64,000 nt of DNA. Source: Desulfatiglandales bacterium. Its GTDB lineage: Bacteria; Desulfobacterota; DSM-4660; Desulfatiglandales; HGW-15. Location: positions 2,912,001-2,976,000 of the forward strand of contig CAXXJJ010000004.1 of the NCBI GenBank assembly GCA_963667015.2. The letters are read 5' to 3'. The translations under genes were made by a program, and so were the position numbers. Numbering within the stretch: position 1 is the first letter of the stretch; the number at the start of each line of letters is the position of its first letter. Below, in pieces: positions 36,806 through 47,570 of this stretch. The notes under the pieces were generated by a model. It ran no database searches, was not told where the DNA came from, and saw only the letters and a program-made list of their open reading frames with translations.

Positions 36806-37267
36806 TTATTTTTTCTTCTTTGGATACAGATCAAATACTGAAGAAGGCGACTCCACGATCCTCCTGATATTTTCATCGAGTTCCTTTTTTACATTTTCAT
36901 CCTTTTTACCCCAGGCGCCCTCTATCTTCTCAATGAGTTCATATATCTCGCATGGTTTTGTCAGATAATCATATGCACCCAGTTTCAGGGCTTCAATTGC
37001 CGTATCTACAGAACCGTGACCGGTGAGTATCAGAACCTGGGTCAGCAAACCCATTTTTGAGATCTCTTTAAGGGTTGCAATGCCATCCAGCCCGGGCATT
37101 TTGATATCCAGCACAACTACATCAAAATCCTGTTTCTCAAGCTCCTGGAGAGCGCTTTCACCGTTGTCAACCGCCGTTACCAGATATCCTCTTTTATTTA
37201 ATAATCTGGCCATATTACTGGCAAAAATGGCCTCATCATCCACCAGTAATATTTTACTTCCAATCAT
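36806..37267 (-). CDS. Single-domain response regulator
   Basis: ILLVDDE, LDIKMPG, TGHG, KP. Confidence 0.93.
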   Translation of the reverse strand: MIGSKILLVDDEAIFASNMARLLNKRGYLVTAVDNGESALQELEKQDFDVVVLDIKMPGLDGIATLKEISKMGLLTQVLILTGHGSVDTAIEALKLGAYDYLTKPCEIYELIEKIEGAWGKKDENVKKELDENIRRIVESPSSVFDLYPKKKK

Positions 37268-37309
37268 AGTTGCCTCCTTTCTGTTTAATAAGATCCTTTT
37301 AAGCCAACC

Positions 37310-39043
37310 TTATTTTTGCCTGTCTGCATCCTGTTCCCGGGATATAATATCAACAGGCAGATAAATTTTAAATTCCGCGCCTTCACCGGGAGTGCTTTTA
37401 ACAGAAATTTTTCCTCCCAGGTTTTGGATAATTGTGTGACAGATGGACAGACCCAGTCCGGTTCCCTTTCCAACCGGCTTTGTAGAATAGAACGGATCAA
37501 ATATATAACCCATATCCTTTTCCTGAATTCCGCAGCCACTGTCAGCAATGGAGACTGTTACACCATCCTGATCTGTCTCTTTTTTTGTAGTAATCCTTAT
37601 GGAGCCGTAAGGCTTTCCGTTATGTGCATCAATGGCATTGGTTATCAGGTTGAGAAATACCTGCTGCAGTTGTGAAATATCGGATTTTATCCTGGGCAGG
37701 TTTTCATCAAAGGTGGCCATAAATTTTATACCGCCTGTCCTGGCCTCCCTTTCCATCAGATCAATGATCTCGACAAGAAACATATTCAAGTCAACCGTCT
37801 CGATAATCGATTTTGTCCTTCTGGAAAATCTCAGCAGATTGTGAGTGATACGTTTACACCTGTTTGACTGGACGGCAATCTGATCCATGGAGGCCGTAAA
37901 CTGCCTGGCAAATTCTTCATCATTGATAGTGGAATCTTCATACTGATCAAGGAGGATCTGCCTTTCTGTCATGATAATGGCTACAGGATTATTTATCTCG
38001 TGTGCTACCCCGGCGGCAAGTTCTCCTATTGATGCAAGCTTGCTGGCCTGAAGGAGCTGCGCATTCAGCTGCTCGGCTTCCTGATCCCTTTTTTTTATAA
38101 TTTTAACCATGTAACGGGTAATGAAGATAGCAACGATTAAGATCGTAACAGCGCTTATATGAAGAAAGATGAGGTTCATGTCCGTGGCATGGTTGATCTC
38201 TGAAAATGCCTCGGAATACTTCTGTCTGATTACCAGCATCCATTCAGGTTGTGAGACCCATGACTTGCCGACTATATATTCGGATGAATTTTTTTCAGTG
38301 CTTTCTGTATTGATCTCAACAACCGTGCCGCTGAAATCATTTATATTGACGGTTGATTTCTCCATTATCCTGCCCGAGAATTTCGGGCTTGTCTGAAAAA
38401 CTCCCTGCCTGTTTACAAGATATACCTCTCCTGTTTCACCTATTCTTACATTCTCGACAAGGGTTCTGAATACATCCGTATTTATAGTTGCACGCAGTAT
38501 CCATTTCTCATTATTATCAGACCTTGCAATGGCTATGATAAAATGAGGTTCATTTCTGAAACCAGTAAACATGTCGCTTATATGAATTCCGTTTTGCATG
38601 ACCTCTTTAAACCATGGTGTATCCGAATAGTTTTTATCCATAAGGTCATAGGGGCCAATGTAGGCAAGGTGCTTTCCCCTGTCATTTATAAGGCCGATGT
38701 CAGTTATGGTCCGTACTCCCCTGTTGATATTCTCCAGGATACTCTGGAGGTTTCCCGGAGAGAGGAGATATTCCTTTGAATTTGCATAGGCGATCAATCT
38801 GAGTTTTGAACTCTGCTCCAGCAGAAACTGTTCGATAAACCGCCTGTGGTTTTCAACCTGATCGCTGAAATTCTGTGTTATTCTGGCCCTGCCAAAATGT
38901 GTGTAATATATTGTGAGTCCCCATCCTGTGAGCAGCAGCGGAACAAGGGAACAGATAATTGTAAGAAAAGTAAACTTTTTTAAAAGGTAATTATAGAAGG
39001 GCTTTCCCCGATCAGGTGACATGCCTCTTTCACTTTCTTTCAT
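37310..39043 (-). CDS. Cache-domain sensor histidine kinase
   Basis: AHEINNP H-box, GTGLGL G-box. Confidence 0.94.
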   Translation of the reverse strand: MKESERGMSPDRGKPFYNYLLKKFTFLTIICSLVPLLLTGWGLTIYYTHFGRARITQNFSDQVENHRRFIEQFLLEQSSKLRLIAYANSKEYLLSPGNLQSILENINRGVRTITDIGLINDRGKHLAYIGPYDLMDKNYSDTPWFKEVMQNGIHISDMFTGFRNEPHFIIAIARSDNNEKWILRATINTDVFRTLVENVRIGETGEVYLVNRQGVFQTSPKFSGRIMEKSTVNINDFSGTVVEINTESTEKNSSEYIVGKSWVSQPEWMLVIRQKYSEAFSEINHATDMNLIFLHISAVTILIVAIFITRYMVKIIKKRDQEAEQLNAQLLQASKLASIGELAAGVAHEINNPVAIIMTERQILLDQYEDSTINDEEFARQFTASMDQIAVQSNRCKRITHNLLRFSRRTKSIIETVDLNMFLVEIIDLMEREARTGGIKFMATFDENLPRIKSDISQLQQVFLNLITNAIDAHNGKPYGSIRITTKKETDQDGVTVSIADSGCGIQEKDMGYIFDPFYSTKPVGKGTGLGLSICHTIIQNLGGKISVKSTPGEGAEFKIYLPVDIISREQDADRQK

Positions 39044-39125
39044 ATTGTACCTTCCAGGATCAATCCGGTTAACAAATCATACTGCACTAGTAATTGGACA
39101 CTGTTAAATGTTTACGAATATATTA

Positions 39126-39141
39126 CTCAAAAACCGTGCCA
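39126..39141 (-). promoter_or_regulatory. Putative sigma-54 promoter
   Basis: TGGCACGGTTTTTGAG (-12 imperfect). Confidence 0.5.
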
Positions 39142-39275
39142 TGCTTCTTCGAAGGCGCGCACATTGTAATGCGCTGAAAATACATACAAAAAATTATGGT
39201 AGGAAAGCTGAAATTACAGATTAAAAAGATTTGTAAGCAATTTGCAGACAGTGGGTGGGTATTGAGGGTTTCTAT

Positions 39276-41672
39276 TTAGAGGTTTCTAAGACAGGGCCAG
39301 TACTCCTTATGGATCTCGATGGCTTTTTTAAGACCAGGCAGACTGAATGGATTTTCATGTGTAATGCGATTGATCTTTTGAGGCGGAATGGTCGGAATGC
39401 CAGCCAGTTCCTGCATTACCCTTGACCCGCATTTCCTGATCCCGTTTATGCTGTATCCCCCTTCCATGACAAACAACAGCCGCCCTTCACATAACTCCGT
39501 TGCAAGTTGTTTTAATATGCCGGTCATGATGGCATAACCTTCCGGGGTGACATTCATCTTTCCAAGGGGATCTTCATGATAAAGGTCAAACCCGAGGGAT
39601 ACCATAATAATATCGGGTTTGTATTCTCTTGCTACTGGTTTAAGCATAAAATGAAATATCTTCTGATAGTCCAGGTCGCCTAATCCCATTGAAACAGGAA
39701 CATTAACCGTGTAGCCTTCACCCGGCCCATCTCCTGTTTCACCCAGTTTTCCGGTACCAGGGAAGCATGGAACCTGGTGAACAGAAAAATAGAGCACATC
39801 ATTCCTGTCATAGAAAATCTTTTGTGTACCGTTTCCATGGTGAAGGTCAATATCAACTATAAGTATCCTCTTTGCGTTATGATATCTTATTGCATATTCC
39901 GCCCCCAGGGCAATATTATTGAAAATACAGAAACCCATTGACCTGTCAGGTTCAGCATGATGCCCGGGAGGACGTATAAAGGCCACTCCCATGGGTTTTG
40001 TCCGGGCATCATACAGGCTCTCAATAAGGCTAAATATCCCTCCGGCTGCAAGCCTTGCTATTGTGTATGACTGTTCGGTTGTCTGTGTGTCAGGATCAAG
40101 TGATGATATTTCAATGCCGGATGTCTGAGCTACCTTTTCAACATATTCTTTTTTATGAACCCATAAAAGTTCTTCGTCAGTTGCAGTCCTTGGTGTTATA
40201 AGGGTTATTCTTTCAGGGAGTGGATCTTCCGAAAGTATCCTGTGAATCGCCTGGATTCTCTTTGAGCTTTCCATATGAAAGACACCCTTGAGATGATTCT
40301 CAAATATACTGTCCCAGACCACTGGTATCTGACCCGCGCCATTTAAGATCATATGGGTTGTTCGTATATTATCTTTCTCCTTCAATCCTTCCCGGAGCAT
40401 TGTGGACTCGGGTATTTTATTTGAATATCTCTGCAACAGATTTTTCGTCTTCTCCCTAAGTACAGTATTCCTGCCCGGCCCCATACAGCTTGAAACAACC
40501 AGCACCGCGGCCTTTCGCTTTGGATCATCGATATTCTTATTTTTTGCAAGGTATTTGATCTGGCTCAGAATCCGTTTCTCCAGCGCCCTTTCGAGACTCT
40601 CCGGCATGGCTGAAAGACCCATCGCCATAACAGTAACATATAAAAGCAGCTTGCCTTCGGGGGTTTTCAGGGTATAGCCATATGGGTGCCTGTAACTGAA
40701 CCCTGTTGATTTATAAAAATCCTCGGCCCCTGATTCGGCACTCAAATATATTTCATGGGCATTGGGCCATCTCTGCATCCACAACAGCCAGGTTCCTGCA
40801 ATCAGAAATGTCCCTGTGCCCTTTACCCTGGGATATCCTGCTGTTTCCGGAGAAACAGGCACACTGTTGACAGTTGAGATATATTTCACCTCAATGGTTG
40901 AGGTCATGTGTCTTTGTCTCTTATTCAGCAGTATCAACCCGGTAATTTTATCATCCGTTACAGAGGCATAAAGCATATCCGATATTCCTGAAATCAACAG
41001 GTTAAGCAGAAAGCGGACATGGAAATACTCAAGCCGGATCTCTGCTGCCTGTTTAAGTGAATCATATGAAAATGGAAACGGTATAAAACGGGTCTGTAAG
41101 CCGGGGCTGATCTCTGCAGTATACAGTATATCTGGTTCGATTTTTTTTTGACTGTCTGATGACGGCTTAAACGCTGCAAGAATTTCAAGAATTGATTCGA
41201 TGAATTTAGTATCCGTTTTCCTGGCTAATGAGGATCTCTTCTTTTTAATATCCGCAATCGCCCTGTCTATTTCAAAATTGACAAGTGTTTCAACTCCTGC
41301 CTGTTTAACCTTTTTTACCTCCGAAAGATAATCAGCATGCGTTCCACGAAGCTGTAATTTATATTTTTCAACCAGTTCTCCATATTTAATAATAAGCCGT
41401 TCTTCAAGAGGCTCCGTTCCATGAATAAAGGTGCCAGCCCTGTTAACAGGAACCTTTTCTCCATCAAAGTAAAAGTAAAGGTCTCCACCATTCGGGTCTT
41501 CAGATGTGGTAATGCTGCCTGTGTGAATTAACTCAGTAAGACCATAGCCAATCTCCTGGTCCCTGGAAGAAACAGCTGATACTGCCCTGTGCAATAGATC
41601 CCTTGTAATCATTTTACATTCCGGGTGTGAAGTTTTACCTGCTATTTTATAGAAACATTTATCTTCAGACAA
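39276..41672 (-). CDS. Histone deacetylase-family protein with N-terminal GNAT-like domain
   Basis: RPPGHHA, GFCIFNN, DIDLHHGNGTQ, EGGY; upstream RVKGTGT...AEDFYKSTGF. Confidence 0.88.
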   Translation of the reverse strand: MSEDKCFYKIAGKTSHPECKMITRDLLHRAVSAVSSRDQEIGYGLTELIHTGSITTSEDPNGGDLYFYFDGEKVPVNRAGTFIHGTEPLEERLIIKYGELVEKYKLQLRGTHADYLSEVKKVKQAGVETLVNFEIDRAIADIKKKRSSLARKTDTKFIESILEILAAFKPSSDSQKKIEPDILYTAEISPGLQTRFIPFPFSYDSLKQAAEIRLEYFHVRFLLNLLISGISDMLYASVTDDKITGLILLNKRQRHMTSTIEVKYISTVNSVPVSPETAGYPRVKGTGTFLIAGTWLLWMQRWPNAHEIYLSAESGAEDFYKSTGFSYRHPYGYTLKTPEGKLLLYVTVMAMGLSAMPESLERALEKRILSQIKYLAKNKNIDDPKRKAAVLVVSSCMGPGRNTVLREKTKNLLQRYSNKIPESTMLREGLKEKDNIRTTHMILNGAGQIPVVWDSIFENHLKGVFHMESSKRIQAIHRILSEDPLPERITLITPRTATDEELLWVHKKEYVEKVAQTSGIEISSLDPDTQTTEQSYTIARLAAGGIFSLIESLYDARTKPMGVAFIRPPGHHAEPDRSMGFCIFNNIALGAEYAIRYHNAKRILIVDIDLHHGNGTQKIFYDRNDVLYFSVHQVPCFPGTGKLGETGDGPGEGYTVNVPVSMGLGDLDYQKIFHFMLKPVAREYKPDIIMVSLGFDLYHEDPLGKMNVTPEGYAIMTGILKQLATELCEGRLLFVMEGGYSINGIRKCGSRVMQELAGIPTIPPQKINRITHENPFSLPGLKKAIEIHKEYWPCLRNL

Positions 41673-42008
41673 GCCGGATCTGATTAAAGGGGGAAATTCT
41701 AAAAAGCCTTATTTGAACTTGTTTAGCGGCCCCCCTTAAAACAGTCTGTGCCATAATTAAAATACCTTTATGCCTTTTCGACCAACCGGAGAAATCATGT
41801 ATTCGAAGGGAGATTACACAATTAGATTTCACGGTTAAAAGCTCGAAATGCCATCCTGGCACATCCTGAAAAGGGAGGCCGCATCTGTCAAGGAGACATA
41901 TGCCAAGTTATATTGTACTGCGTATGTTCAGTACGTCTTCCCTGATATGATCGGGAAAAGTGTTTATCATTTTCCCCGAAACTCAAAAATAAAATGCCCC
42001 CTGGCTTT

Positions 42009-42878
42009 CTACTGCCCTCCATTATCAACATAATAGAGGATATCCTTCAGGCGTACTATACCTGCAAGACGTCCGTTATCAATAACCGGAAGGTAGTGTA
42101 TATTTTTATTTATCATCAATTCGGCCGCGCTGCTTATGGAATCATCAGGAGAAAGATATAATCCTTTGAGAGGCCCCATCACATCTCCGACTTTCCTGTC
42201 AGAAAGCCATTGGGGGCTCTTTAAAAGATCTTTCCATTCAATATCCCTGTTGGCCTCATCACATGCGGCCCTGATAAGGTCACTTCTGCTTATCACCCCG
42301 CACAGCATACCTTCTGAGTCAGTGACATGCAGCAATTCCTTTGTTATTCCCGGTAATGCAGGGTTAAACATTTGAAGCGCCCTTTCAAGGCTGCTTTCCC
42401 TGTATAGGGGTATAAACCGGACGCTGGATACCTCCCAGATCTTTTTCCTTGGCCACAGGATGGGACGCCTTCTTATCTGTTCGGTACTTACCGCCTCACG
42501 GATTTTATCAGCAAGCAGCTCAATATCTTCAATCGGTTTAAAGAGATAATCATAGGCCCCTTCCCTTATTGCGCGGTTTCCCGTTTCAATGTCCGCATAT
42601 CCCGTCAACATGATTACCTCTGTCTGAGGCGTTATTTCTTTCAGCCTGACCAGTAATTCAATTCCATCCATGCCGGGCATTTTTATGTCGGAAATAATTA
42701 CATCAAATTTATGTTTTCCAGCTGCTACAAGGGCCTGTTCACCATTATAACCTGTTACGGTATTAAACCCTCTCGAACCGAGAAGACGCCCAAGATTATC
42801 TGCAAATTCTTTTTCATCATCCACAATAAGTATGTTGATGTAATTATTCACTTTGCTTCCTTCTGTGTTTTTGTTCAT
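42009..42878 (-). CDS. Response regulator with C-terminal CBS pair
   Basis: REC motifs plus CBS (HYLPVIDNGRLAGIV). Confidence 0.9.
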   Translation of the reverse strand: MNKNTEGSKVNNYINILIVDDEKEFADNLGRLLGSRGFNTVTGYNGEQALVAAGKHKFDVIISDIKMPGMDGIELLVRLKEITPQTEVIMLTGYADIETGNRAIREGAYDYLFKPIEDIELLADKIREAVSTEQIRRRPILWPRKKIWEVSSVRFIPLYRESSLERALQMFNPALPGITKELLHVTDSEGMLCGVISRSDLIRAACDEANRDIEWKDLLKSPQWLSDRKVGDVMGPLKGLYLSPDDSISSAAELMINKNIHYLPVIDNGRLAGIVRLKDILYYVDNGGQ

Positions 42879-43310
42879 TTAATTTTTAAACATATGAAAA
42901 GCAAAAGTCAGGATTATAATAAGCATGGCAACCCAGAGCGTGTGCCCCCATTTCCCCTTTTTTAGCATTTTAGGAGCACCGGTTATTTCTTCAGCCTTTC
43001 CTACTTTTGTGTTTTTAAAACTGAAACGTAATTTCATCACCGAATTATAAATCCAGTTCCAGGTCAGGCTTAGCAGAAACAGGACAAGCAGGACAGAAAG
43101 CAGATGATGTCCGGAAAAGCCAAATGATTTCAGGTTCTGAGCCATGGTGCAAGGATTTAGAGGACCTTCAACTGTTCCAAAAAAGCCAAGGTAGTAAAGT
43201 GCTATGGACAGTGAAAGAGCCACCATATTGTATCCGAATTTTTTCAACTGGTATCGGGCATTATCTGAGTAACCGGATTTATCGCTGTTTTTCATGGAGT
43301 CACCTCTCAT
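42879..43310 (-). CDS. Small membrane protein
   Basis: Three TM segments; between TauE gene and regulator. Confidence 0.78.
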   Translation of the reverse strand: MRGDSMKNSDKSGYSDNARYQLKKFGYNMVALSLSIALYYLGFFGTVEGPLNPCTMAQNLKSFGFSGHHLLSVLLVLFLLSLTWNWIYNSVMKLRFSFKNTKVGKAEEITGAPKMLKKGKWGHTLWVAMLIIILTFAFHMFKN

Positions 43311-43379
43311 AGGTTAAATGGAGGCCATCTGTAAGTGTATTATTCACCTTACTGATGGCCTCGTTTTCCATATTATGGT

Positions 43380-44432
43380 TTACATCCCGAGCGCCTTCAT
43401 GACGTCAGGCGCCATCCTGTAGGAGATAAAGACAACCATTATAAGACAATAGATCGGAACCACCCAGTTCCAGAATCTCTGTGGGAATACCCTTGTTGCG
43501 TATGGTGCAAAAATTGCCGATCCCAGTGCTGCAAGCATCATGGAAGGCATCAGTATAAAATCAAGTTTTGTACCGGTTGAAAGCATTACAAACCATACAA
43601 TTGCGGCAACAGTGCTGACCGTTCCCTCTGAGATTGCTGTAACAGCCAGCTGGGCCTTTATAGGGATACCGGAGATAAGACCGCCGATGGTCACTACCGG
43701 GCCATATCCGCCGCCGCCTATGCCCTTATTGAAACCGGCAAGGAATGCAAAAATCCCCATCCGTTTTGGTCTGTACTGCCTTTTTCTATCCTGTGTCTTG
43801 GCCTGATAAACCGCTACAAGCCCCATGACAAGCATCAGGAATGTCACGTACAGTTTGATCCATACCTTGGCAACCTTGAAGACGGCATAAATGGATGTTA
43901 TGGAAAAAATAACCGCAACTATCCCGAGCACCGAGATAAGGAGCCACAATTTTATGGTTTCTGACATGGGACTAAATTTCCATTCGACGTTTTCAAATTC
44001 TCTGTGCAGAAAGGTACCTACCAGTCCGCATGTGGCCTGCTGAAGCATAATGGTTGGAACAACCTGCAACGGTGTAAAACCCATTACCATAAGCATTGGA
44101 CTCATTATTGTACCGAAACCCATACCTGCCGAGGCATCCATAAATTCAAAAAACAATCCAAGCACGACAACATACCAGATAAGGCTCCACTGGTTTGTAC
44201 CAATTAATCCATGGCTCTTATTGTATGCTGAATCAACTGCCCGGGCTGTTGAGTCAAAGGGATTCCCTGCAAGCCAGCAGGCAATACCGAATACAATAGC
44301 AAGGGCAATAAAACCTCCAAATGCACTTACAAGATGTCTTTTTTCAGGGATCGCGCGTTCAAGAATCGTTTTTTTCGTTGCCTCAACCTGCTGGGAAACT
44401 TCAAATCCCGTTACTTTACTCATTTCCGCCAT
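43380..44432 (-). CDS. TauE/SafE family sulfite exporter
   Basis: DASAGMGFGT, GIGGGGYGP. Confidence 0.88.
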   Translation of the reverse strand: MAEMSKVTGFEVSQQVEATKKTILERAIPEKRHLVSAFGGFIALAIVFGIACWLAGNPFDSTARAVDSAYNKSHGLIGTNQWSLIWYVVVLGLFFEFMDASAGMGFGTIMSPMLMVMGFTPLQVVPTIMLQQATCGLVGTFLHREFENVEWKFSPMSETIKLWLLISVLGIVAVIFSITSIYAVFKVAKVWIKLYVTFLMLVMGLVAVYQAKTQDRKRQYRPKRMGIFAFLAGFNKGIGGGGYGPVVTIGGLISGIPIKAQLAVTAISEGTVSTVAAIVWFVMLSTGTKLDFILMPSMMLAALGSAIFAPYATRVFPQRFWNWVVPIYCLIMVVFISYRMAPDVMKALGM

Positions 44433-44530
44433 TGATACCTCCTTTATATTAACCGTTGATATAAGCTCTGCCAGGACCTCCTTTTAATCCATGGGAGAGC
44501 CGTGTATGCAGTTATCCTGCTATTTCCTTA

Positions 44531-44546
44531 ATCAAAATATGTGCCA
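44531..44546 (-). promoter_or_regulatory. Putative sigma-54 promoter
   Basis: TGGCACATATTTTGAT (-12 imperfect). Confidence 0.5.
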
Positions 44547-44830
44547 TGGTTTTACATGAGGACTGAATTGTTGCTCTGGCGCCATAACTAATTGAAAATT
44601 AAATTAAAAAGTCATTGTGCAACTTTTAAGTAAAAAGATATGGTAATAATCGGAGGGAACACATGTACTCTCATTGGTGACCGGCGCAGAGTTTTGTGAA
44701 ACGATCTGTGGACATATTAAATTATGTGAAAATTATTTTTTCAGGCGCCCATCTGCCCCTGTCAATATAACCACTTAATTTGTCAGGAATTTTGTATTTA
44801 ATGCATTGAATGAAAAGCATCTGCCATTTT

Positions 44831-44846
44831 CGGCACTCTTTTTGCT
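44831..44846 (+). promoter_or_regulatory. Putative sigma-54 promoter
   Basis: CGGCACTCTTTTTGCT. Confidence 0.65.
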
Positions 44847-44890
44847 CCATGTAGATATTCAATAATTAATATATGAAAAGGAGATAATCT

Positions 44891-45925
44891 ATGTGGATAC
44901 AGGTACTCTTGTTGATTGTCGGATTTGTTATGCTTTACTACGGAGCAGAATGGCTTGTGAAAGGATCGGCAAACCTTGCAAGGAGTCTTGGGATTTCGCC
45001 AATAGTAATCGGCCTGACCGTAGTTGCATTCGGGACATCTGCACCTGAACTTGTTGTAAGCGTTATTTCATCACTGGCTGACAAGAGCATGATTGCCGTT
45101 GGGAATGTAGTAGGAAGCAACATCTGCAATATTGCACTGGTACTCGGGGCCTCTGCTTTTCTTGTCCCCCTTACGGCCGATAGGTCGGTAATTAAACGTG
45201 ATATCCCCCTGATGCTTATAATATCCCTCTATCTACTGCTCATTACGCTTAACTCAAGTATTTCAAGGCTGGAAGGGGCCACCCTGTTTACAGGAGTCAT
45301 AGCATACACAATATTCAATTATTATATCTCCGCACGGGAATCAAAACTTGCTGTGGCCGGAGTATCGGCCGGGGCAGGCGTAGCCGGTTTTGATGAGTAC
45401 GAACATGCAGCGGCCGTATATGAGGAATCGGAACAGGAGATTGAAGAAATTGGAATCGTGGAATCAAGGACCAAACAGATATTACTTATTGTAGCAGGAA
45501 TTGCATGTGTAGTTATAGGTGCACAGGTGCTGATCGATGCGGCAGTAATTATTATGAAAAGTTTCGGCGTAAGTGAAAAGTTCATAGGACTTACTATAGT
45601 TGCGCTCGGGACATCGCTTCCTGAACTTGCCACTTCGGTTGTCGCTGCACTGCGAAAAGAAATGGATATAAGTATTGGAAACCTGATAGGCAGCAACGTG
45701 TTTAATATCCTTTCCGTCATCGGTATGGCGGCACTTGTTCGCCCTATACCAATACCGGGAGGTTTTATTGAAAGCGGTCTTATTTATGATTACCTGGTCA
45801 TGATGTTTACCAGTTTCCTTCCCTGGTTCATAATGAGAAAGGATTATACCATAGGCCGTATGGGTGGATTTTCACTGCTTCTGTGTTATGCAGGATATAT
45901 GGCATACCTTATCTATATGCGATAA
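44891..45925 (+). CDS. Ca2+/Na+ antiporter (YrbG/CaCA family)
   Basis: GTSAPE/GTSLPE alpha repeats, GNVVGSN. Confidence 0.94.
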   Translation: MWIQVLLLIVGFVMLYYGAEWLVKGSANLARSLGISPIVIGLTVVAFGTSAPELVVSVISSLADKSMIAVGNVVGSNICNIALVLGASAFLVPLTADRSVIKRDIPLMLIISLYLLLITLNSSISRLEGATLFTGVIAYTIFNYYISARESKLAVAGVSAGAGVAGFDEYEHAAAVYEESEQEIEEIGIVESRTKQILLIVAGIACVVIGAQVLIDAAVIIMKSFGVSEKFIGLTIVALGTSLPELATSVVAALRKEMDISIGNLIGSNVFNILSVIGMAALVRPIPIPGGFIESGLIYDYLVMMFTSFLPWFIMRKDYTIGRMGGFSLLLCYAGYMAYLIYMR

Positions 45926-45956
45926 ACATTCTGAATGGCTATATATCGAGAGGGAA

Positions 45957-46160
45957 ATGGAACCGCCAAAAGTCAGGGCAGTCATGATTGATTATTCAGG
46001 GGGCTTTATGACAATAATTACTGTAAAACCCTCTGATAAACTTACAGATGCCGTAAAAAGAATGCTGTTTTATAATGCCTCCAGCCTGACTGTTATAGAG
46101 GATAGCAAACCGGTGGGGACACTTCGACTGAAGGACGCGTTAAAAGAGCTCGGGTTATGA
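45957..46160 (+). CDS. Small single-CBS-domain protein or remnant
   Basis: ITVKPSDKLTDAVKRM...LTVIEDSKPVGTL. Confidence 0.5.
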   Translation: MEPPKVRAVMIDYSGGFMTIITVKPSDKLTDAVKRMLFYNASSLTVIEDSKPVGTLRLKDALKELGL

Positions 46161-47570
46161 TTCCCTGGTACTTTTCTCCTTGTAATCTTCGGCTTCAAGT
46201 CCAACCTGCTTCATCAGACGGTGCATATACTGACGCTGTATACCTGCCGTTTCCGCTGCCTGGCTGATATTCCCATTGCTGTCTCTCAGACGGGCCTGTA
46301 TATACTGCCTGAAAAACCTGATCATAAATGCATCCCTGGCCTCTCTGAAAGGCCTGTTAAGTATCTCCTCATCAGGTATCGACAGCTCATTTGCATGCTC
46401 TTCATTTTTCATCAGTATATCTACGGTATCCAGGTTTTCGGACCGGCAGAAGATAACACCCCTTTCTATTATATTCTCAAGTTCACGGATATTGCCTGAA
46501 AACTCTCTTGCGCACAGCCTTGTAACAGCCCTGCTGGTGATCCCATTTATATTCTTCTGATACAGCAGGGTGTATTTCTTTAAAAAGTGGTGTGCAAGTA
46601 ATGGAATGTCTTCACGCCGTTCATTAAGGGAGGGCATCTCAAGGCGCACAACATTGAGCCTGTAAAAAAGGTCTTCCCTGAATGTCCCTTTCTGAATATC
46701 TGACTCAAGATTATGGTTGGTTGCAGCAATAAATCGAATATCAGCCCTTTGCGTTTGAGTGCTGCCCACAGGCTTGTATTCTCCTTCCTGTATCAGTCTT
46801 AACAGTTTTGTCTGCATGGAAGGGTTAAGGTCGCCTATCTCATCCAGAAAGAGCGTTCCTCCGTCAGCCAAGGAAACAAGCCCCTTTTTATCTTTCCACG
46901 CCCCGGTAAAGGCTCCTTTTATATGACCGAACAACTCACTTTCAATTACATTTTCCGATATTGCAGTACAGTTAACCGTAACAAGCGATCTGGATCTTCG
47001 CAAGCTTAGCTGATGCAGTGCCCTGGCCACCAGTTCCTTTCCCGTACCGCTTTCTCCGGTAACAAGTACCGTTGCAGTGGTAGGGGCGACCTGGGAAATA
47101 TCATCGATCAGTTTATTGATCACACCTGACGAACCTATAATCGAGGATATCCCGTCCCTTTTACCGAGTTCCTGCCTGAGGGCTATATTTTCAGAGACCA
47201 TATTCCGCCATTTAATGACCTTTTCAACGGTAAGGACAATCCGTTCTCTCTGAAAAGGTTTGGTGATATAGTCAAAGGCGCCTTCCCTGATTGCCTCAAC
47301 TGCAGTATCTATTGTGGCATATGCAGTAATAATAATCACTGACACATCAGGAAGGGCTGCTTTCATCTTTTTCAGAAGCCCAAGCCCGCTCATCCCGGGC
47401 ATTTTCATGTCCAGGATGACCAGGTCAAAATGATCTTTTTCAAACAGGGCCAGTGCCTTTTCGGGGCTGCTTTCGGTAGTGACATTGTGCCCGATGTCTT
47501 CTTCAATTATGCGGGATAAAAGAACAAGCATATCCCTTTCATCGTCAACAATGAGTATATTGCCTTTCAT
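46155..47570 (-). CDS. sigma-54-dependent response regulator (NtrC family)
   Basis: REC, GESGTGKE, GAFTGA, Fis-type HTH. Confidence 0.96.
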   Translation of the reverse strand: MKGNILIVDDERDMLVLLSRIIEEDIGHNVTTESSPEKALALFEKDHFDLVILDMKMPGMSGLGLLKKMKAALPDVSVIIITAYATIDTAVEAIREGAFDYITKPFQRERIVLTVEKVIKWRNMVSENIALRQELGKRDGISSIIGSSGVINKLIDDISQVAPTTATVLVTGESGTGKELVARALHQLSLRRSRSLVTVNCTAISENVIESELFGHIKGAFTGAWKDKKGLVSLADGGTLFLDEIGDLNPSMQTKLLRLIQEGEYKPVGSTQTQRADIRFIAATNHNLESDIQKGTFREDLFYRLNVVRLEMPSLNERREDIPLLAHHFLKKYTLLYQKNINGITSRAVTRLCAREFSGNIRELENIIERGVIFCRSENLDTVDILMKNEEHANELSIPDEEILNRPFREARDAFMIRFFRQYIQARLRDSNGNISQAAETAGIQRQYMHRLMKQVGLEAEDYKEKSTRES

